From assembly GCF_017876815.1 (NCBI RefSeq), contig NZ_JAGIOS010000003.1, positions 1,020,001 through 1,052,000 of the forward strand: 32,000 bases of DNA, written 5' to 3'. The translations under genes were made by a program, and so were the position numbers. This DNA comes from Sinorhizobium meliloti (GTDB lineage: Bacteria; Pseudomonadota; Alphaproteobacteria; Rhizobiales; Rhizobiaceae). This document shows, one piece after another, positions 30,716-32,000 of the stretch (the first letter of the stretch is position 1; each line of letters begins with the position of its first letter). The notes under the pieces were generated by a model, which worked only from the letters and a program-made list of their open reading frames with translations, was not told the origin of the DNA and ran no database searches.

Positions 30716-31396
30716 TCAGGCCGGGACGGCCGTTTTTGCCTGCATATCCTGCTGCGGCCACCGCTGCAGTGCTTCCCGTCCAGCCGCTGTCAAGCCGTAG
30801 ACACCTCTGTCGAGCCGTTCAAACCAGCCATAGACATTCGCAAGCAGTATCTTCCCGGCATCCGGTACGCTGGATCTGATTTCACGCACGCGCAGCGGGC
30901 CTGATGTCAGGGCCAGCGCACAGCCGAGCGCCTGCTGGCGGTACGCCGTCATGACAGGCGCGCGTGTGCTCCCGCCTATTGCGGGATCGCCGCGTCGCCT
31001 CCGGTGTTCGCGCATGAGCTTCGAACGCCGTTTCGGATTGGTTCGCGGCATCGGCGTCACGGAGCCGACGATCACGCTGACGTCGCCGGCGTCGGAAATG
31101 CCGAGCATGCCGACCCCGAGCCTGCGACAGAGATCGCGGTAGCGTTTGTCGGCCTCCCGACCCTTTCCCTTGGCCGAAACTCGCGCCGCGATCCAGACCT
31201 CGTCCGCGACAGCGGCGCGATCTACGGCCTGCAGTATGAGCTCCAGATTGAAGCGCAGCTTCAGCTCGCAGATCACGACCACGGGCGGATCGTCGTCGCT
31301 CAGGCCGACGAGATCGCAGCCGTCAACCTCGCCCTTGACGACGTAACCTGCCTTTTCGAGAAAGCCTTTGACGGGGAGATAAAGCGACGTTTCCAT
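30716..31396 (-). CDS. DUF2161-like protein: N-terminal PD-(D/E)XK-type nuclease fold plus C-terminal winged-helix-like region
   Basis: 226 aa. METSLYLPVKGFLEKAGYVVKGEVDGCDLVGL...VVICELKLRFNLELILQAVDR gives a D...ELK restriction-endonuclease-like motif. The C-terminal part MTAYRQQALGCALAL...GVYGLTAAGREAL looks wHTH-like. Confidence 0.75.
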   Translation of the reverse strand: METSLYLPVKGFLEKAGYVVKGEVDGCDLVGLSDDDPPVVVICELKLRFNLELILQAVDRAAVADEVWIAARVSAKGKGREADKRYRDLCRRLGVGMLGISDAGDVSVIVGSVTPMPRTNPKRRSKLMREHRRRRGDPAIGGSTRAPVMTAYRQQALGCALALTSGPLRVREIRSSVPDAGKILLANVYGWFERLDRGVYGLTAAGREALQRWPQQDMQAKTAVPA

Positions 31397-31475
31397 GTGC
31401 CTGCAGGTTTAAGCGAAGAATCGCTGTGTAAACTATCTCGATCCGCCCGTAGGAGACAATCGTCCTACGGAATCG

Positions 31476-31506
31476 ATAAAAGCCCACGGCCGGTCGACCG
31501 TGGGCT
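31476..31506 (-). terminator. Rho-independent terminator of the TRAP binding-protein gene
   Basis: 9-bp stem agcccacgg (31481-31489) / ccgtgggct (31498-31506) with 8-nt loop. On the minus strand it is followed by TTTTAT (complement of 31476-31481). About 55 nt downstream of the stop at 31560. A second 8-bp hairpin lies at 31447-31470. Confidence 0.7.
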
Positions 31507-31559
31507 TCCTGGAAGGCATAGAGCATGGCCACGTTCCGTGACCTAGCCAGTTCTTTTGT

Positions 31560-32000
31560 TTACTTGCGGATCTCTTCCAGCTTGGCGAGAATGGCGTCTA
31601 CCACCTCGGCACCGATCTCAGCCTTGTGCTTTTCATAGACGACCATGGACTTCTCGCGGATGCGAGCCTGTTCTTCAGCAGACAGGGTGTTCACTTCGAG
31701 ACCAGCTTCCTTGATTTTCTCCAGCGACTTCTTGTTGAGGTCCTGGATGACCTTACGCTCCTCGTCGCGACCGACGACTGCGCATTCACGCAGTGCTGCC
31801 TGCTCTTCCGGCGTATAGCTGTCGAAGATCGGCTTCGAGAACAGGAAGAGGAAGGGCGTGTAAGCGTGGTTCGTCTCGGTCACGTACTTCTGCACTTCGA
31901 AGAACTTCGACGTATCGATCGTCACATAGGGGTTTTCCTGCGCGTCGATCGCCTTGGTTTCGAGTGCCGAGAAGACTTCGCCGAAAGCCATCGGAGTGGC
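31560..32000 (-). CDS. TRAP transporter substrate-binding protein, DctP family (C-terminal part; gene continues past the right edge)
   Basis: The frame is open to the window edge. ...FGEVFSALETKAIDAQENPYVTIDTSKFFEVQKYVTETNHAYTPFLFLFSK... is a typical DctP-family C-terminal half. Confidence 0.85.
   Translation of the reverse strand, partial: ATPMAFGEVFSALETKAIDAQENPYVTIDTSKFFEVQKYVTETNHAYTPFLFLFSKPIFDSYTPEEQAALRECAVVGRDEERKVIQDLNKKSLEKIKEAGLEVNTLSAEEQARIREKSMVVYEKHKAEIGAEVVDAILAKLEEIRK

Noticed and set aside
1-32000. CRISPR arrays, tandem repeats, rRNA/tRNA genes, intact IS elements or integrases
   Set aside because: Reading through the window I found no regularly spaced direct repeats, no rRNA/tRNA signatures and no transposase/integrase-length ORF with the expected motifs. 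This absence is by eye and should be confirmed with tRNAscan-SE, Infernal, ISfinder and a CRISPR detection tool.

Overview
This is high-GC, gene-dense DNA that looks alphaproteobacterial (Rhizobiaceae-like). I found no rRNA, tRNA, CRISPR array or intact IS element. The window falls into four blocks.

(i) 1-5.9 kb: a PotABCD-type ABC importer operon on the minus strand, plus an SDR and a HisC-like aminotransferase. The two promoter regions share an identical 13-nt HutC/GntR-type operator-like motif.

(ii) 5.9-17.4 kb: a mosaic that looks lower in GC by eye and is full of gene debris.
- Two diverged direct copies of a composite EAL-3'/histidine-kinase-3' remnant bracket a TehA-like channel + GlxA regulator + DUF883 cassette.
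- There is also a frameshifted DUF433/DUF5615 toxin-antitoxin-like pair, and ALDH and molybdo-oxidoreductase fragments.
- Intact small modules of unknown function sit among the debris: a translationally coupled TIGR02587/TIGR02588-like membrane pair, and a MerR-like regulator divergent from a glutaredoxin-MauE fusion plus a METTL7-like SAM methyltransferase behind a mer-operator-like promoter.

(iii) 17.4-29.4 kb: a catabolic island.
- One arm is a GntR(FadR-type)-led sugar-type ABC operon ending with a DJ-1/PfpI protein.
- It is divergent from Ldh2-family dehydrogenase, Fe-ADH, GabD-like SSADH and an alpha/beta hydrolase, followed by a trimethylamine-dehydrogenase-family flavoprotein with its own palindrome.

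(iv) 29.4-32 kb: an interspersed-repeat-like hairpin element, a DEDDh exonuclease plus a DUF2161 PD-(D/E)XK-like protein, and the 3' part of a TRAP DctP-type binding protein.

Best candidates for an undescribed system, ranked by my own judgement:
1. the MerR-like/Grx-MauE/methyltransferase module
2. the TIGR02587/02588 pair
3. the DUF2161 + exonuclease pair
4. the amine-dehydrogenase/SSADH island

All family assignments come from motif recognition by eye. No database search was run.
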